Numbered from the stretch's first letter, positions 27,241 through 39,429 are shown. The stretch is 64,000 nucleotides of DNA from Planctomycetota bacterium (GCA_046290465.1 JBKAGP010000001.1:4960001-5024000), one strand, 5' to 3'. Numbers and translations: made by a program. Notes: generated by a model from the letters alone, not told the origin.

Positions 27241-28941
27241 ATGCTTCGCACCACCCTCGCCGCATCTGGACTGCTCTGCGCCTCGCTCGCCGCACAGGGC
27301 TTCCAGTACCCCAACTTCAACCAGGCCACCCAGCTCAATCTGCTCGGCAGCGCGGCCGTCACCGGCAACTCGCTGCGGCTGACGGCCAACGTCAGCAACC
27401 AGAGCGGCTGGGCCTGGCGCCAGGAATCGTGGCCGGTCGTCAACGGCTTCGAGACGACGTTCTCGTTCCGCGTCACGCCGCCGCAGTTCGGCACCAAGGC
27501 CGAAGGCCTCGCGTTCGTCATCCACGACGGACCGGCCGGCAACACCACGACGGCCGGCACCGTGTGGGGCATGGGCTACGGCGTCGGCGCCAACAACTCG
27601 AGCGGCATCCCGCGTTCGATCGCGATCGAGCTGGACACCTACCTCGACCCGTTCCTCAACGACACCAGCGCCAACGAGCTGACCGTGCACACGCGGGGCA
27701 CCACCGGCAACAACGAGAACGAGGTCTACTCGATCGGCCGCACCACGCTGCCGGGCAACTTCTCGGACGGCCAGCCGCACATGCTGCGCGTCGTCTACGT
27801 GCCGGGCACGCTCGAGATCTTCTTCGACGGCGGCGCCACGCCGTCGCTGTCGATCGCCTACGACCTGATCAACGGCGGCAACTTCCTCAACGGCGGCGCG
27901 GTGTCCGGCATCGGCAGCGCCAACGGCACCGCCTACCTCGGCTTCTGCGCGACCACCGGCGCCGGCTCGCTGACCGAGCTGGCCGAGATCCTGTCGTGGG
28001 ACTGGAGCTCGACGCCGCTGACCGATCCCTGCTACCAGGGCACGCTCGGCCAGGACACGCTGACCATCAACGGCAGCACCGGCGGCTTCTTCCGCAGGGT
28101 CGAGGTGGCGACGCACCAGGCGTTCGACATCGGTCTGCTCGACCCGCCGGGCTTCGGCGCCGGTGCGCCGTACGTGCTGTTCGGCTCGCTGCTGCCGCAA
28201 CCGAGTGCGCCCGGCTCGGTGCTGCCGTTCGGCAACGCCTGCTTCCCGATGCTGCCGCAGGGCGCGACGGAGCTGGTCCTGGCCGACTCGTTCGGCTTCG
28301 GGCTCGGCCTGGTGCCCGCCGGCGTGACCCCCTACACGATCGCCGTGCCGCAGGGGGCGCTGACGTTCCCGATCGACCTGACGCTGCAGGCGGTGACGCT
28401 GGCGTCGCCGGCGTCGCTGGGGCTCAGCAACGCCGTCGAGCTCGGCATCGCCGTGGCTCCGGCGCCGACCATCAGCACGATCACGCCGCTCAGCGCGGGC
28501 GTCGGCAACGCGATCACCGTCAACGGCAGCGGCTTCGTGCCGGGTGCCAGCCTGACCGTCGGCGGCGTCGCGGTGACGCCGTCGCTGTTCGAGTCGGACC
28601 GCATCGTGTTCCCGTATCCGGCCAACCTCGGCTGCGATGCGCCGCTTGCGATCACCAACCCGGACGGCAAGAACGTCGGCGCGACGCTCAACCCGACGCC
28701 GGTGGTCACCGGCACGGTGCTCGGCTCGGGGCCGGCGACGGGCGGCGCGGTGTTCGTCGTGCAGGGGCAGGGCTTCGCGCCCGGTTCGACGGTGACGATC
28801 GGCGGTGCGCCGGCCAACGTGATCGGGGCCAGCGGCCTCGCGGTCACGATGAACACGCCGCCGGGCACGCCCGGTGTGGCGACGGTGATCATCACCACGC
28901 CGGGTGGCTGCACCGCGCAGACGACCTACACCTACCAGTAG
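27241..28941 (+). CDS. Secreted L-type (legume) lectin-domain protein with IPT/TIG domains
   Basis: LRLT, FETTFSF, AEGLAFV, IAIELDT, AYLGFCATTG lectin motifs; two C-terminal PTIS..P..G..ITVNGSGF repeats. Confidence 0.85.
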   Translation: MLRTTLAASGLLCASLAAQGFQYPNFNQATQLNLLGSAAVTGNSLRLTANVSNQSGWAWRQESWPVVNGFETTFSFRVTPPQFGTKAEGLAFVIHDGPAGNTTTAGTVWGMGYGVGANNSSGIPRSIAIELDTYLDPFLNDTSANELTVHTRGTTGNNENEVYSIGRTTLPGNFSDGQPHMLRVVYVPGTLEIFFDGGATPSLSIAYDLINGGNFLNGGAVSGIGSANGTAYLGFCATTGAGSLTELAEILSWDWSSTPLTDPCYQGTLGQDTLTINGSTGGFFRRVEVATHQAFDIGLLDPPGFGAGAPYVLFGSLLPQPSAPGSVLPFGNACFPMLPQGATELVLADSFGFGLGLVPAGVTPYTIAVPQGALTFPIDLTLQAVTLASPASLGLSNAVELGIAVAPAPTISTITPLSAGVGNAITVNGSGFVPGASLTVGGVAVTPSLFESDRIVFPYPANLGCDAPLAITNPDGKNVGATLNPTPVVTGTVLGSGPATGGAVFVVQGQGFAPGSTVTIGGAPANVIGASGLAVTMNTPPGTPGVATVIITTPGGCTAQTTYTYQ

Positions 28942-28982
28942 GTTCGAGAGCCAGTAGGTTCGAGAGCCAGTAGGTTCGAGAG
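28935..28982. repeat. 3 x 16-bp perfect tandem repeat ccagtaggttcgagag overlapping the stop codon
   Basis: Direct reading; followed by a G8 run. Confidence 0.92.
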
Positions 28983-29021
28983 AGAGGGGGGGGCGCCTCC
29001 CGGGTCCCCCTGCCTGGGCCG

Positions 29022-29672
29022 CTACCGCCGCTCGATGACCTCGTCGAGCGGGTAGCGCACCTTCGGCGCGGCGGCGTACTTGTCGTCCGCCGAGCGGTAG
29101 CCGACCGCACACGCGCACAGGGTCGCATAGCGCGTGTCCTTGAGCCCGAGCAGTTCGTCGTAGCCAACCATGTCGATGCCTTCCATCGGGCAGGTGTCGA
29201 CCCCCAGCGCCGCCGCCGAGGTCATCAGCTGGCCGAGCGCGATGTAGGCCTGGCGCGCGTTCCAGCCGAACAGGTCCTTGGCCGCCCAGCCCTTGACCAG
29301 GAAGCCGGCGATGACGTCGCGGTAGCCCTTCATCGCGTCGACCTCGGTGCCGCGCACCTCGCACTGGCGCGCGATGAAGCGGTCGACGTCGTCGTCGGTG
29401 GTCGTGCGCAGCGCGGTCAGCACGACGTAGCGGTCGGCGTCGACGACCTGCGACTGGTTCCACGATGCCGCGCGCAGCTGCTCGCGCAGGTTCTTGTCGT
29501 CGATGACCAGGAACTTCCACGGCTGCAGGCCGAACGACGACGGCGCCAGCACCAGCGACTGCTCGAGCGCGGCCCAGACGTCGTCGGGGATCTTCTTGTC
29601 CGGGTCGAACGCCTTGGCGGCGTAGCGCCAGTTGAGCCGCTCGAGGAGCTGTTCGGGGGTTAGTTGCGTCAT
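29022..29672 (-). CDS. NfsB-like nitroreductase / NAD(P)H-flavin oxidoreductase
   Basis: WRYAAKAFD, LAPSSFGLQPWKF, WNQSQV, DTCPMEG, PKVR. Confidence 0.92.
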   Translation of the reverse strand: MTQLTPEQLLERLNWRYAAKAFDPDKKIPDDVWAALEQSLVLAPSSFGLQPWKFLVIDDKNLREQLRAASWNQSQVVDADRYVVLTALRTTTDDDVDRFIARQCEVRGTEVDAMKGYRDVIAGFLVKGWAAKDLFGWNARQAYIALGQLMTSAAALGVDTCPMEGIDMVGYDELLGLKDTRYATLCACAVGYRSADDKYAAAPKVRYPLDEVIERR

Positions 29673-29674
29673 GA

Positions 29675-31588
<1,914 letters not shown>

Positions 31589-31672
31589 TTCCGGTGGGGT
31601 TCGAGGTTGGCTTCGAGTTTCTGGGGGTAGCAGGATTGCGACCTGCCCGGCAAGGTTCAAGGGGGCCGGGGC

Positions 31673-31707
31673 CAGCGGGGGTGACAGCGGGGGTCACAGC
31701 GGGGTCG
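31673..31707. repeat. 3 x ~12-bp tandem repeat cagcgggggt(g/c)a in the divergent htpG/acyltransferase intergenic region
   Basis: Direct reading. Confidence 0.7.
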
Positions 31708-31789
31708 CCGCCGTGCCGGTCGCCCGCTGCCGGTGGCCCGAATGTGACTTTGTGCTTGCGGCGCCGACGGCAGGCGCGAGCTTGGGGCG

Positions 31790-32830
31790 ATGCCCGGCGA
31801 GCAGGCCCTCGGTGCCGGCCGCCGCGAGCGGCTCGACGCGATCCAGTATCTGCGCGCCGTCGCGGCGCTGATGGTCGTCGTGCACCACGCCAGGAACGCG
31901 GACCCGGGCGGCTGGCTGTTCAACCCGCTCGAGGACTACCAGCTGCTGGCGCGCGGCGTCGACGTGTTCTTCGTGATCAGCGGCTTCATCATGTACTTCG
32001 CCGCGCGGCACGAACGGCCGCGGGAGTTCCTGCTCAAGCGGGTGATCCGGGTCGTGCCGCTCTACTGGCTGGCGACGGCCATGCTGATCGCGGTGGCGGC
32101 GTGGTTCGGCGATCCGCTGCTGCGCGATCTCGACGCCGCGCGGGTGCTGCAGTCGCTGGCGTTCGTGCCGCACTACGACCCGTCGGGGCAGCCGTTCCCG
32201 GTGCTGGTGCCCGGCTGGACGCTCAACTACGAGATGTTCTTCTACCTCGTGTTCTTCGTCGGCCTGCTCGGCGGCCGGCTGCTGGGCACGCTCAACGTCG
32301 CGATCCTGGGCCTGGTCGCGGCCGGCCTGCTGGTCGACTTCGACGGCGCCGTGATGCGCACCTACACCCACGGCCGCATGCTCGAGTTCCTGGCCGGCGT
32401 CTGGCTCGGCTGGCTGCACGCCCGTCGGCGCATCCCGCCGGCGCTGAGCCTGGTCGGGCTGCTCGGCTTCGTCGGGCTGCTGTGGCCGCCGCGGCCCGGC
32501 GGCTTCGAGGCCGGCACCTTCGCGGTGGCAGCGTGCAGCACGCTGGTCGTCACGGGCGCCGTCGCGCTCGGCGAACGCGCCCCCGTCAGCCGCGTCGCGC
32601 GCCTGCTCGGCGACGCCAGCTACTCGATCTACCTGACCCATACGATCCTGCCGCTGCGCGCCGCCAAGGCGCTGTGGCGCGAGGTCCCGCTGGCCGGCTG
32701 GCCGCAGTTCGTCGGCTACCTGGTGTTCGCCGTGCTGGTCTCGACCGTGGTGGGCGTGCTGGCCTACCTGCTGTTCGAACGGCCGGTGCTGCGCTGGCTG
32801 CGCCGGATCTGGCTGCGGCGGTCCGCCTGA
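31790..32830 (+). CDS. Acyltransferase family 3 (OafA/ExoZ-like O-acyltransferase)
   Basis: IQYLRAVAALMVV.HH, GVDVFFVISGF, WTLNYEMFFY, LGDASYSIYL.H, ERP. Confidence 0.92.
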   Translation: MPGEQALGAGRRERLDAIQYLRAVAALMVVVHHARNADPGGWLFNPLEDYQLLARGVDVFFVISGFIMYFAARHERPREFLLKRVIRVVPLYWLATAMLIAVAAWFGDPLLRDLDAARVLQSLAFVPHYDPSGQPFPVLVPGWTLNYEMFFYLVFFVGLLGGRLLGTLNVAILGLVAAGLLVDFDGAVMRTYTHGRMLEFLAGVWLGWLHARRRIPPALSLVGLLGFVGLLWPPRPGGFEAGTFAVAACSTLVVTGAVALGERAPVSRVARLLGDASYSIYLTHTILPLRAAKALWREVPLAGWPQFVGYLVFAVLVSTVVGVLAYLLFERPVLRWLRRIWLRRSA

Positions 32831-32941
32831 GCCCGCCGCTGGCGCGCGAGCCGTGCCCGCAGCCGGATTCGCGTGCAGTCCCGGCGCGATTGCGGGATGC
32901 TATCGGCCGGTCCCAACCAAGCGCTGCAGCCCTCGCTACCC

Positions 32942-34801
32942 GTGGACAGCCATCGCCTCTTCTCGCTGATCTGCCTGCTCAACCAGTGCGTACTCGCCTG
33001 GATCTTCGCGGGCTTCTTCGGCGCCCTCCTGCGTGGACGGGCGCAGTGGCTGGCGAGCTTCTTCCTGGCGTTCGTCGGCCTCGGCATCGGCCTGACCGCG
33101 GTGGTGGTGCGCATCTGGCTGTCGTCGATCCCGGAGACCGCCGGGCCCGAACTCGACGAAGGGGCGCTGGCGGTGCGTGGGCTCTACGGCGTCTACCTCG
33201 CCGGCAAGCTGCTGTTCGTCGCCGGCCTGGTGCGCGGGGTCGTGCGTTGGCGGGACGAACGTCCGGGCGGCCCGGCCTGGCTGGTCGCGGTGATCGCCGT
33301 CGCGGCCTTCGTGGTCGGCTTCGTGCTGCCGACGATCGAATCGGTGCTGCTCGTGCAGGGGCCGATCGTCGCACTCGCATGCGCCTACGCGGCGTCGCGC
33401 CTCGGGGCCTCGGACGAGCAGCGGCTCGCCGACGCGGGCCGCCAGACGGTGCGCGTGGTGCTGACGGCGATGGCGGTCATCTGGTCGCTCTACGTCGTCG
33501 CGACGCTGTTCGCGGGCCCGGTCGACCCGCGGGCGCTGCAGCCGTTCGGCTTCCTGCTGCGCTACAACTCGCTGATCGACCTCACCCTGCAGGTGGTGCT
33601 CGCCACCGGCCTGATCGTCGCGGTGCTGTCGGAGGCGCACGCCCGCACGCTGGCGGCGCAGAACGAACGGGACCGCCTGCGTTCGCAGGTGATGCGCGAC
33701 GACAAGCTGCGGGTCACGGCGACCCTGATCAGCGGCGTGGCGCACGAGATCAACAACCCGTTGACCGCGATCATCGGCTACGCCGACGACCTGTCCTCGG
33801 CCGATGCGGCGACGCGCGAGCGCGCCGCCAACATCGTGCGCGAACAGGCCGAACGCTGCCGCGCGATCGTGCAGCGCATGTCGGTCATCGGCCGGCGCCG
33901 GCTGCTGACGACCAGCACGTTCGGCGTCCGTGCCAAGGTCGAAGCGGTCGCGGCCGGGTTCGCGCCGCGCTGCGAAGAGCACGAAGTCGCGATCGAGGTC
34001 GGCGTCGACGAGGGCCTGCACGTGACCGCCGACGCGACCGGCTTCGAGCAGGTGCTGACCAACCTGGTGTCCAACGCGATCGCCGTGTCGCCACGCGGTT
34101 CGGCCGTCGTCGTGCGTGCGGAGTCGACCGAGAACGGCATGCGGCTGTCGGTGCGCGACCACGGTCCGGGCATCGCGCAGACCGACCGCGGGCGGATCTT
34201 CGAGCCGTTCTGGACGACCAAGCGGCCCAACCAGGGCACCGGCCTCGGGCTCGCGGTCGCCGACGCCATCGTGCACGCGCACGGCGGCGCGATCGACATC
34301 GTCGACGCGACGGGCGGCGGCACCGAGTTCGTCGTGCTGTGGCCGTGGCGAGCGACGACCAGCAGCGAGTCGCCGCTGCCGTCGACCAGGCTGCATTCGA
34401 AGCCGGAGGCGGCTGCTGCGGGCGCGGCCGACCAGGCCCGCATGCTGATCATCGACGACGAGCCGCTGGTCCGTTCGACGATCCGCCGGCACGCCGAGAA
34501 CCACGGCTGGCAGGTCGACGAGGTCGATTGCGCCCTCGAAGGCCTCGAGCGGCTGATGGCCGATCCCGGCGGCTTCCGCGCGATCGTCTGCGACATGCGC
34601 ATGCCGGGCATGTCGGGCGTCGAGTTCCACGACGAGCTCGAGCGCCGCGCACCCGAACTGCTGGCGCGCACGCTGTTCGTCACCGGCGACCTCGCCTCGC
34701 AGGAGATGGCGGCGTTCTCGCAGCGCTGCCGCGCCGAGATCGTCACCAAACCGTTCGTCACCCGCGAACTCGTGCAGCGCCTCGCCGACCTCGCCTCCTG
34801 A
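32942..34801 (+). CDS. Multi-TM hybrid sensor histidine kinase with receiver domain
   Basis: About 7 TM segments, HEINNPL, NLVSNA, DHGPG, GTGLGL, receiver IIDDE..CDMRMP..KP. Confidence 0.92.
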   Translation: MDSHRLFSLICLLNQCVLAWIFAGFFGALLRGRAQWLASFFLAFVGLGIGLTAVVVRIWLSSIPETAGPELDEGALAVRGLYGVYLAGKLLFVAGLVRGVVRWRDERPGGPAWLVAVIAVAAFVVGFVLPTIESVLLVQGPIVALACAYAASRLGASDEQRLADAGRQTVRVVLTAMAVIWSLYVVATLFAGPVDPRALQPFGFLLRYNSLIDLTLQVVLATGLIVAVLSEAHARTLAAQNERDRLRSQVMRDDKLRVTATLISGVAHEINNPLTAIIGYADDLSSADAATRERAANIVREQAERCRAIVQRMSVIGRRRLLTTSTFGVRAKVEAVAAGFAPRCEEHEVAIEVGVDEGLHVTADATGFEQVLTNLVSNAIAVSPRGSAVVVRAESTENGMRLSVRDHGPGIAQTDRGRIFEPFWTTKRPNQGTGLGLAVADAIVHAHGGAIDIVDATGGGTEFVVLWPWRATTSSESPLPSTRLHSKPEAAAAGAADQARMLIIDDEPLVRSTIRRHAENHGWQVDEVDCALEGLERLMADPGGFRAIVCDMRMPGMSGVEFHDELERRAPELLARTLFVTGDLASQEMAAFSQRCRAEIVTKPFVTRELVQRLADLAS

Positions 34802-34811
34802 GCGGTCCGGT

Positions 34812-36158
34812 TCAGAAGCGGATCGCGATCGCCGGCGTGTTGATCATGCCGCGCCACAGCAGCCGGTCGTTGGCGCGCCAGACGGTCGGTTCGAAGTGGA
34901 AGCGGATGGCGACGTCGCGATCGCCGGCGAGGCCCGCCACGCCATGTTCGCCGTCGCTCCAGTAGTCGGCGAGCACGACGACCGAACGGATCGAACCGAC
35001 CGGCTGCGGGGCCTTCAGCCACTTCGCGGCCGTCAACACCGACAGGCCGTCGCGCTGCCGCCACCGCTGCCCGTCGACCAGCAGGTCGAAGTGGAACGGC
35101 TGCGGGATCTGCGCCAGGGTCGTGCCGGTGACGTTGTAGCCGCGCACCCGATCGGAGTCGTTGCGCAGCTGCACGGCGACCACCAGCGGGCGGCCATGGG
35201 GGCGGTTGGTATTGGCGACGATGCGGGCGCGCATGCCGTCGACCGGCGCGCTCCACGCGCCGACGACGCCGCGCACGGCAAAGCCTACCGACACCTCGAG
35301 TGGCTCGGCGAACGCCGGCGCGGCGCCGGCCGCGGTCGGCACGGCCCGCAGGGTCAGCTGCAGCCGGAACGCGCCGGGGACCTGCGGCACCAGCCCCATG
35401 CGCTGGTCGGGCTCCGGCACGATGCCCTGCGAGAAGCCCCAGCGGAAGTCGCGGCGGGCGCCGTCCGGCGTCGGTCGCACGGTCAGCAGCGGCCCGATGC
35501 CCGGGCACGGCACGCGCAGGTCGGTCAGCCGCACCGTCAGCGCGGAGGCCTGCGCGGCGAACGTCCCGTCGACGCCGGCGACCGGACCCTGGACCTTGCC
35601 CTGGGCGTCGACCACGGCGGCTTCGAGCACCAGCGGCACGACCGCGGCGCCGTCGTTGTCGGCGAGCGCGCGGGCGCCGAGCTGCACGTCGGTCTCGCCC
35701 TGCTCCCGCGCCACGACCCGGCACGGTGTGGCGGTCCTCGCGTGGCCCTCGAGCTCGAACCGGATGTCGGAGAACAGGTCCCAGCCTGCCTGCACGCCGC
35801 GCAGTTCGACGGCGAGCCAGTCGTTCTCGGCGACTTCGTCGCGGGCTTCGGGGCGGGTCGTCGCGATCGTCACGACGACGGCCAGCGCCGCTGCGGCGAG
35901 CAGCCAGATCGGCGACCAGCGCGTCCGACGCAGCGCCGCGATCGGCGGCGGCGGCGGTGCCGCCTCGTTCTCGCCGAGCGCCCATCCGAGTTCGGCGCGC
36001 GCCGAGCGCAGCAGCCGGACCCGTGCGCCGAGCCGGTCGTCCTGCGCCACCCGCGTCGCGACGCGCCGCGCGTGTTCGGGCGCGAGTTCGCCGTCGAGCC
36101 AGGCGACCAGGGTCGCGTCGTCGAGGAGGTCGGCGTCTCGTTGCTCAGCCTGGTTCAT
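34812..36158 (-). CDS. Single-TM anti-sigma factor with large extracytoplasmic domain
   Basis: LVAWLDGEL N-terminal anti-sigma motif, TM WLLAAAALAVVV, ATGA overlap with sigma. Confidence 0.78.
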   Translation of the reverse strand: MNQAEQRDADLLDDATLVAWLDGELAPEHARRVATRVAQDDRLGARVRLLRSARAELGWALGENEAAPPPPPIAALRRTRWSPIWLLAAAALAVVVTIATTRPEARDEVAENDWLAVELRGVQAGWDLFSDIRFELEGHARTATPCRVVAREQGETDVQLGARALADNDGAAVVPLVLEAAVVDAQGKVQGPVAGVDGTFAAQASALTVRLTDLRVPCPGIGPLLTVRPTPDGARRDFRWGFSQGIVPEPDQRMGLVPQVPGAFRLQLTLRAVPTAAGAAPAFAEPLEVSVGFAVRGVVGAWSAPVDGMRARIVANTNRPHGRPLVVAVQLRNDSDRVRGYNVTGTTLAQIPQPFHFDLLVDGQRWRQRDGLSVLTAAKWLKAPQPVGSIRSVVVLADYWSDGEHGVAGLAGDRDVAIRFHFEPTVWRANDRLLWRGMINTPAIAIRF

Positions 36159-36685
36159 CGTTCGTCTCCCAGATCCTGCAGGGTCTCCGCCAGCCGCAGC
36201 GTGGCGGCGGCGATGCGCGACTTGACGGTGCCGAGCGGCAGCTCGAGGGTCGCGGCGATGGTGCGGTAGTCGAGGCCTTCGACGACGCGCAGCACCAGCG
36301 CGTCGCGCAGCGCCGGGCTCAGCGCGTCGATGGCGCGGTGCACGCGTTCGCGCCGCTCGGCGGCGCTCGACGCGGTGAACGGGTTGCTGGCGAAATCCGC
36401 GACGGCGGCCTCGTCGAGCGACAGGTCGAGCTGGGTGGCGCTCGGTTCGCGGCGGCGACGACGGCGCAGCCGCTCGGCGAACCGGGCCAGCGTGCGCACC
36501 GCGATGCGATGGGCCCAGGTGGTCGGCGCCGACTCACCGCGAAACGCCGGCCACGCGCGGACCAGCTCGCGGTGCACCTCCTGGGCGCCGTCGCGGGCGT
36601 CCTGCCCGCACCAGCGCGCGGCGAGCGCGTCGACCCGCGGCGCCATCGCGCGGGTCAGTTCGTCGAGCTGTGGGCGCGTTGCCAT
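36155..36685 (-). CDS. ECF RNA polymerase sigma factor
   Basis: FRGES..TTW.HRIAV; LSPALRDALVLR..EGLDY..IA..L..PLGTVKSRI. Confidence 0.9.
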   Translation of the reverse strand: MATRPQLDELTRAMAPRVDALAARWCGQDARDGAQEVHRELVRAWPAFRGESAPTTWAHRIAVRTLARFAERLRRRRRREPSATQLDLSLDEAAVADFASNPFTASSAAERRERVHRAIDALSPALRDALVLRVVEGLDYRTIAATLELPLGTVKSRIAAATLRLAETLQDLGDER

Positions 36686-36809
36686 GCGTGCCCGGTTTGG
36701 TGGCGTCGGTGGGCCTTCGGGTTCGGTGCGCACGGCGATTTTTCGGCCGCGCGATCCCGCGCCGGCGCCTGCCAGCTACGCTGCCTGGGCCGACGAAGGC
36801 GACACTACC

Positions 36810-37532
36810 ATGGAAGACAACAACCCCTACCGCAGCCTCGAAGCGCCGCCCGCGGCGTTCGCTGCCGCCAACGAGAAGGCGGCGTTCCTCAAGAAGGTCT
36901 ACGGCATCCTGCTGCTCGGCGTGCTGGGTTTCGCCGCGACGCTGTTCGCGTGCGCGACGGTTCCGGCGCTGACCGACCTGACCTGGCGCTTCGCCAACCT
37001 GATCTACGGCAACGGCCTGATGGGGTGGGCCATCTACATGGCCATCTTCCTGGGCGGCTCCTGGCTCGTGCAATCGGTCGCCGAGAAGCGCCCGATCAAC
37101 GCGTTCGCCTACGCTGGCTGGGTCGTGCTGATGGCCCTGATGGTCGCGCCGGTGGTGCTGATCGCCAGCGAAGCGCACGGCGTCGGCATCATCCAGCAGG
37201 CCAGTGCGTTGACCGCACTCGTCTTCGGTGGCCTGACCGTCTACGTGCTGTGGACCGGCAAGGACTTCTCGTGGATGCGCGGCCTGCTGATGCTCGGGTT
37301 CCTGGTGCTGGTCGCGACCAGCCTGCTCGGCTGGGTGCTCGGCTTCTCGTTGGGCCTGTGGTTCTCCGGCCTGGTCGTGCTGCTGGCCGCCGGCTACATC
37401 CTCTACAACACCAGCGTGATCCTGAACCACCTGCCGACGCACATGGCGATGACCGGCGCGATCACGCTGTTCACGGACGTGGTGCTGCTGTTCAAGCACA
37501 TCCTGATCCTGCTGATGAACAGCGACGACTGA
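36810..37532 (+). CDS. Bax inhibitor-1 / YccA family membrane protein
   Basis: FLKKVY, about 7 TM, KDFS, ILYNTS, LFTDVV. Confidence 0.9.
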   Translation: MEDNNPYRSLEAPPAAFAAANEKAAFLKKVYGILLLGVLGFAATLFACATVPALTDLTWRFANLIYGNGLMGWAIYMAIFLGGSWLVQSVAEKRPINAFAYAGWVVLMALMVAPVVLIASEAHGVGIIQQASALTALVFGGLTVYVLWTGKDFSWMRGLLMLGFLVLVATSLLGWVLGFSLGLWFSGLVVLLAAGYILYNTSVILNHLPTHMAMTGAITLFTDVVLLFKHILILLMNSDD

Positions 37533-37547
37533 TTGCGTCACCGGAGC

Positions 37548-37596
37548 GGCGCCCGTCCGTCGTCGGGCGCCCGTCCGTGTTGGGGCATCCGTCCGG
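37548..37596. repeat. Three direct repeats ggc(g/a)(c/t)ccgtccg at 18-bp spacing between convergent genes
   Basis: Copies start at 37548, 37566 and 37584. Confidence 0.75.
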
Positions 37597-37621
37597 TTCG
37601 AGCGCGGCGGAGCGCCGTGCG

Positions 37622-38326
37622 TCAGTCGCGCCAGAGCGCCGCGCCGCCGCTGAGCCCGGCGATGTTGTCGATCACCGAGACGTCGTCCGGCAGGTCGACG
37701 TGCATCTTCTTGGCGTTGCCGCCGCCGATGTAGAGGTGGTCGAAGTGCGTCAGCGCGCGCATGTTCTCGATCGCCATCAGCACGCGCTTCTGCCACTTCT
37801 TGTTGCCGACCGACTTCCGCGCGAAGTTGCCGAGGTGCTGGTCGTAGGTCTCGCCCTTGCGGAACGGCTGGTGCGAGATCTCCAGGTGCGGGCACAGGCG
37901 GCCGTCCTGGTAGAGCGCCGTGCCGAAGCCGGTGCCGAGCGTGATCACCATCTCGACGCCGTCCCCGGCGATCACCGCGAGGCCCTGCACGTCGGCGTCG
38001 TTGGCGACCCGCGCCGGCTTGCCGAACGCGCGCTCGAGCGCGTCGGCGAGGTCGTAGCCACACCACGCGTCGTTGCCGAGGTTCGGCGCCGTGCGCACGA
38101 CGCCGTCGCGCACCATGCCCGGAAAGCCCGTCGAGATCCGCGTCGACTCCGGCAGTTCGCTGGTGAACTCCTTCAGCAGCGCGACCACCGCGTCCGGATG
38201 CGCGCCGATCGGCGTCTCCATGCGGATGCGGTCACAGATCGGTTCGCCGTGGCCGTTCAGCACGGTCGCCTTGAGGCCGGAGCCGCCGATGTCGAAGGCC
38301 AGGGTCGCCTGAGCGGTGGTGGGCAT
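37622..38326 (-). CDS. ppgK: ROK-family polyphosphate/ATP glucokinase
   Basis: DIGGSGLK, GFPG, NDAD, TLGTGFG, LEISH, LYIGGGN. Confidence 0.75.
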   Translation of the reverse strand: MPTTAQATLAFDIGGSGLKATVLNGHGEPICDRIRMETPIGAHPDAVVALLKEFTSELPESTRISTGFPGMVRDGVVRTAPNLGNDAWCGYDLADALERAFGKPARVANDADVQGLAVIAGDGVEMVITLGTGFGTALYQDGRLCPHLEISHQPFRKGETYDQHLGNFARKSVGNKKWQKRVLMAIENMRALTHFDHLYIGGGNAKKMHVDLPDDVSVIDNIAGLSGGAALWRD

Positions 38327-38473
38327 GGCGTGACATGCTACAAGGCTGTGCTGCTCCATGATGCTGTCGGTTCCTTCGACAGCCGCACGCGCGCGGCTTG
38401 AACGTCGAGAGTTACGGCAGTGCTAATCCTGCGGCACCGGATTGGTCGATCCTGAGACCGGAGAGGTGACCGT

Positions 38474-38869
38474 ATGCGATTCATGGTGATCGACGACGAG
38501 CGGACTGCGCGCACCGAACTGGCGCTGCTGCTCGCACGATGGGGGCGGGTCGAGGAGGCCGAGAGCGCCCAACAGGGACTGACGAAGATCCGCGAGGCGA
38601 TGGCGGCGAGCGATCCGTACTCGCTGGTCTGCGTCGATCTGTGCATGCCCGGCGAGGGCGGTCTGGAGGCGCTGAACGCGATCCGCGACCTCGACGAACG
38701 GTCCGGAACGGACCGCACCGAGGTCGTGATGGTGACGTCGTCCGACGACAAGCACGACGTCATCGAGGCGTTCCGGCAGCAGGCCGATGCCTACCTGGTC
38801 AAGCCGGTCTCGGCGGCGAAGATCGAAGAACTCGTCGCGCGGCTCGGCGGCGGGGAGGGGCAGCGATGA
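38474..38869 (+). CDS. Single-domain response regulator (CheY-like)
   Basis: VIDDE, VDLCMP, VTS, KP; GAGG RBS. Confidence 0.9.
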   Translation: MRFMVIDDERTARTELALLLARWGRVEEAESAQQGLTKIREAMAASDPYSLVCVDLCMPGEGGLEALNAIRDLDERSGTDRTEVVMVTSSDDKHDVIEAFRQQADAYLVKPVSAAKIEELVARLGGGEGQR

Positions 38870-39429
38870 AGGGCGTCATCTTCGTGATCTTCGAGGAGTT
38901 CATCACCGAGAACTGGGGCGCGGAGACGTTCGAAGACCTGCTCGACGACTGCCCGCACGCCGCCAACGAACCGTTCATCGGGCCGAAGTCGTATCCCGAT
39001 GCGTGGATCGTCGACCTGCTGACGGCGGCCTGCACGCGGCTGAACCTGGCGGCGCCCGACGCGCTGCGCGCATTCGGCAGGTTTGCCTTCGGCGGGCTGA
39101 TCTCGCGCTACCCGAACTTCGTCGACGGCGTCGAGCACCCGCGGCAGCTGCTGCTCGCCGTGCACGACATCATCCACGTCGAGGTCAAGAAGCTGATGGA
39201 GGGCGCGACGCCGCCCAACCTCTACTACGACGACGTCGACGGCGATCCCGACACGCTCACCGTGCACTACGAGTCGGCGCGTGGGCTGTGCGCGCTGATG
39301 GAGGGGTTGCTGGAGGGTGCCGCCGAGCACTTCGGCATCGGCATCGAGCACGAGCAGACCGCGTGCACCCACCAGGGCGCCGCGCGCTGCACGTTCGCGC
39401 TGAAGTTCCTGCAGCCGGTGGCGAGCTGA
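38866..39429 (+). CDS. H-NOX heme nitric-oxide/oxygen binding protein
   Basis: MKG.IF N-terminus, proximal His in IIHVEVKKL, PP, YxSxR (YESAR), C-terminal C-x7-C. Confidence 0.93.
   Translation: MKGVIFVIFEEFITENWGAETFEDLLDDCPHAANEPFIGPKSYPDAWIVDLLTAACTRLNLAAPDALRAFGRFAFGGLISRYPNFVDGVEHPRQLLLAVHDIIHVEVKKLMEGATPPNLYYDDVDGDPDTLTVHYESARGLCALMEGLLEGAAEHFGIGIEHEQTACTHQGAARCTFALKFLQPVAS

Noticed and set aside
28935..28982. Possible mini CRISPR array
   Set aside because: The repeats are 16 bp and directly adjacent with no spacers; no cas genes in the window.
31610..31666. Sigma-32-like promoter upstream of htpG (CCCTTGAA ... CCCCCAG on the minus strand)
   Set aside because: Spacing between the elements is about 28 nt, far beyond the RpoH consensus; no CIRCE inverted repeat seen.
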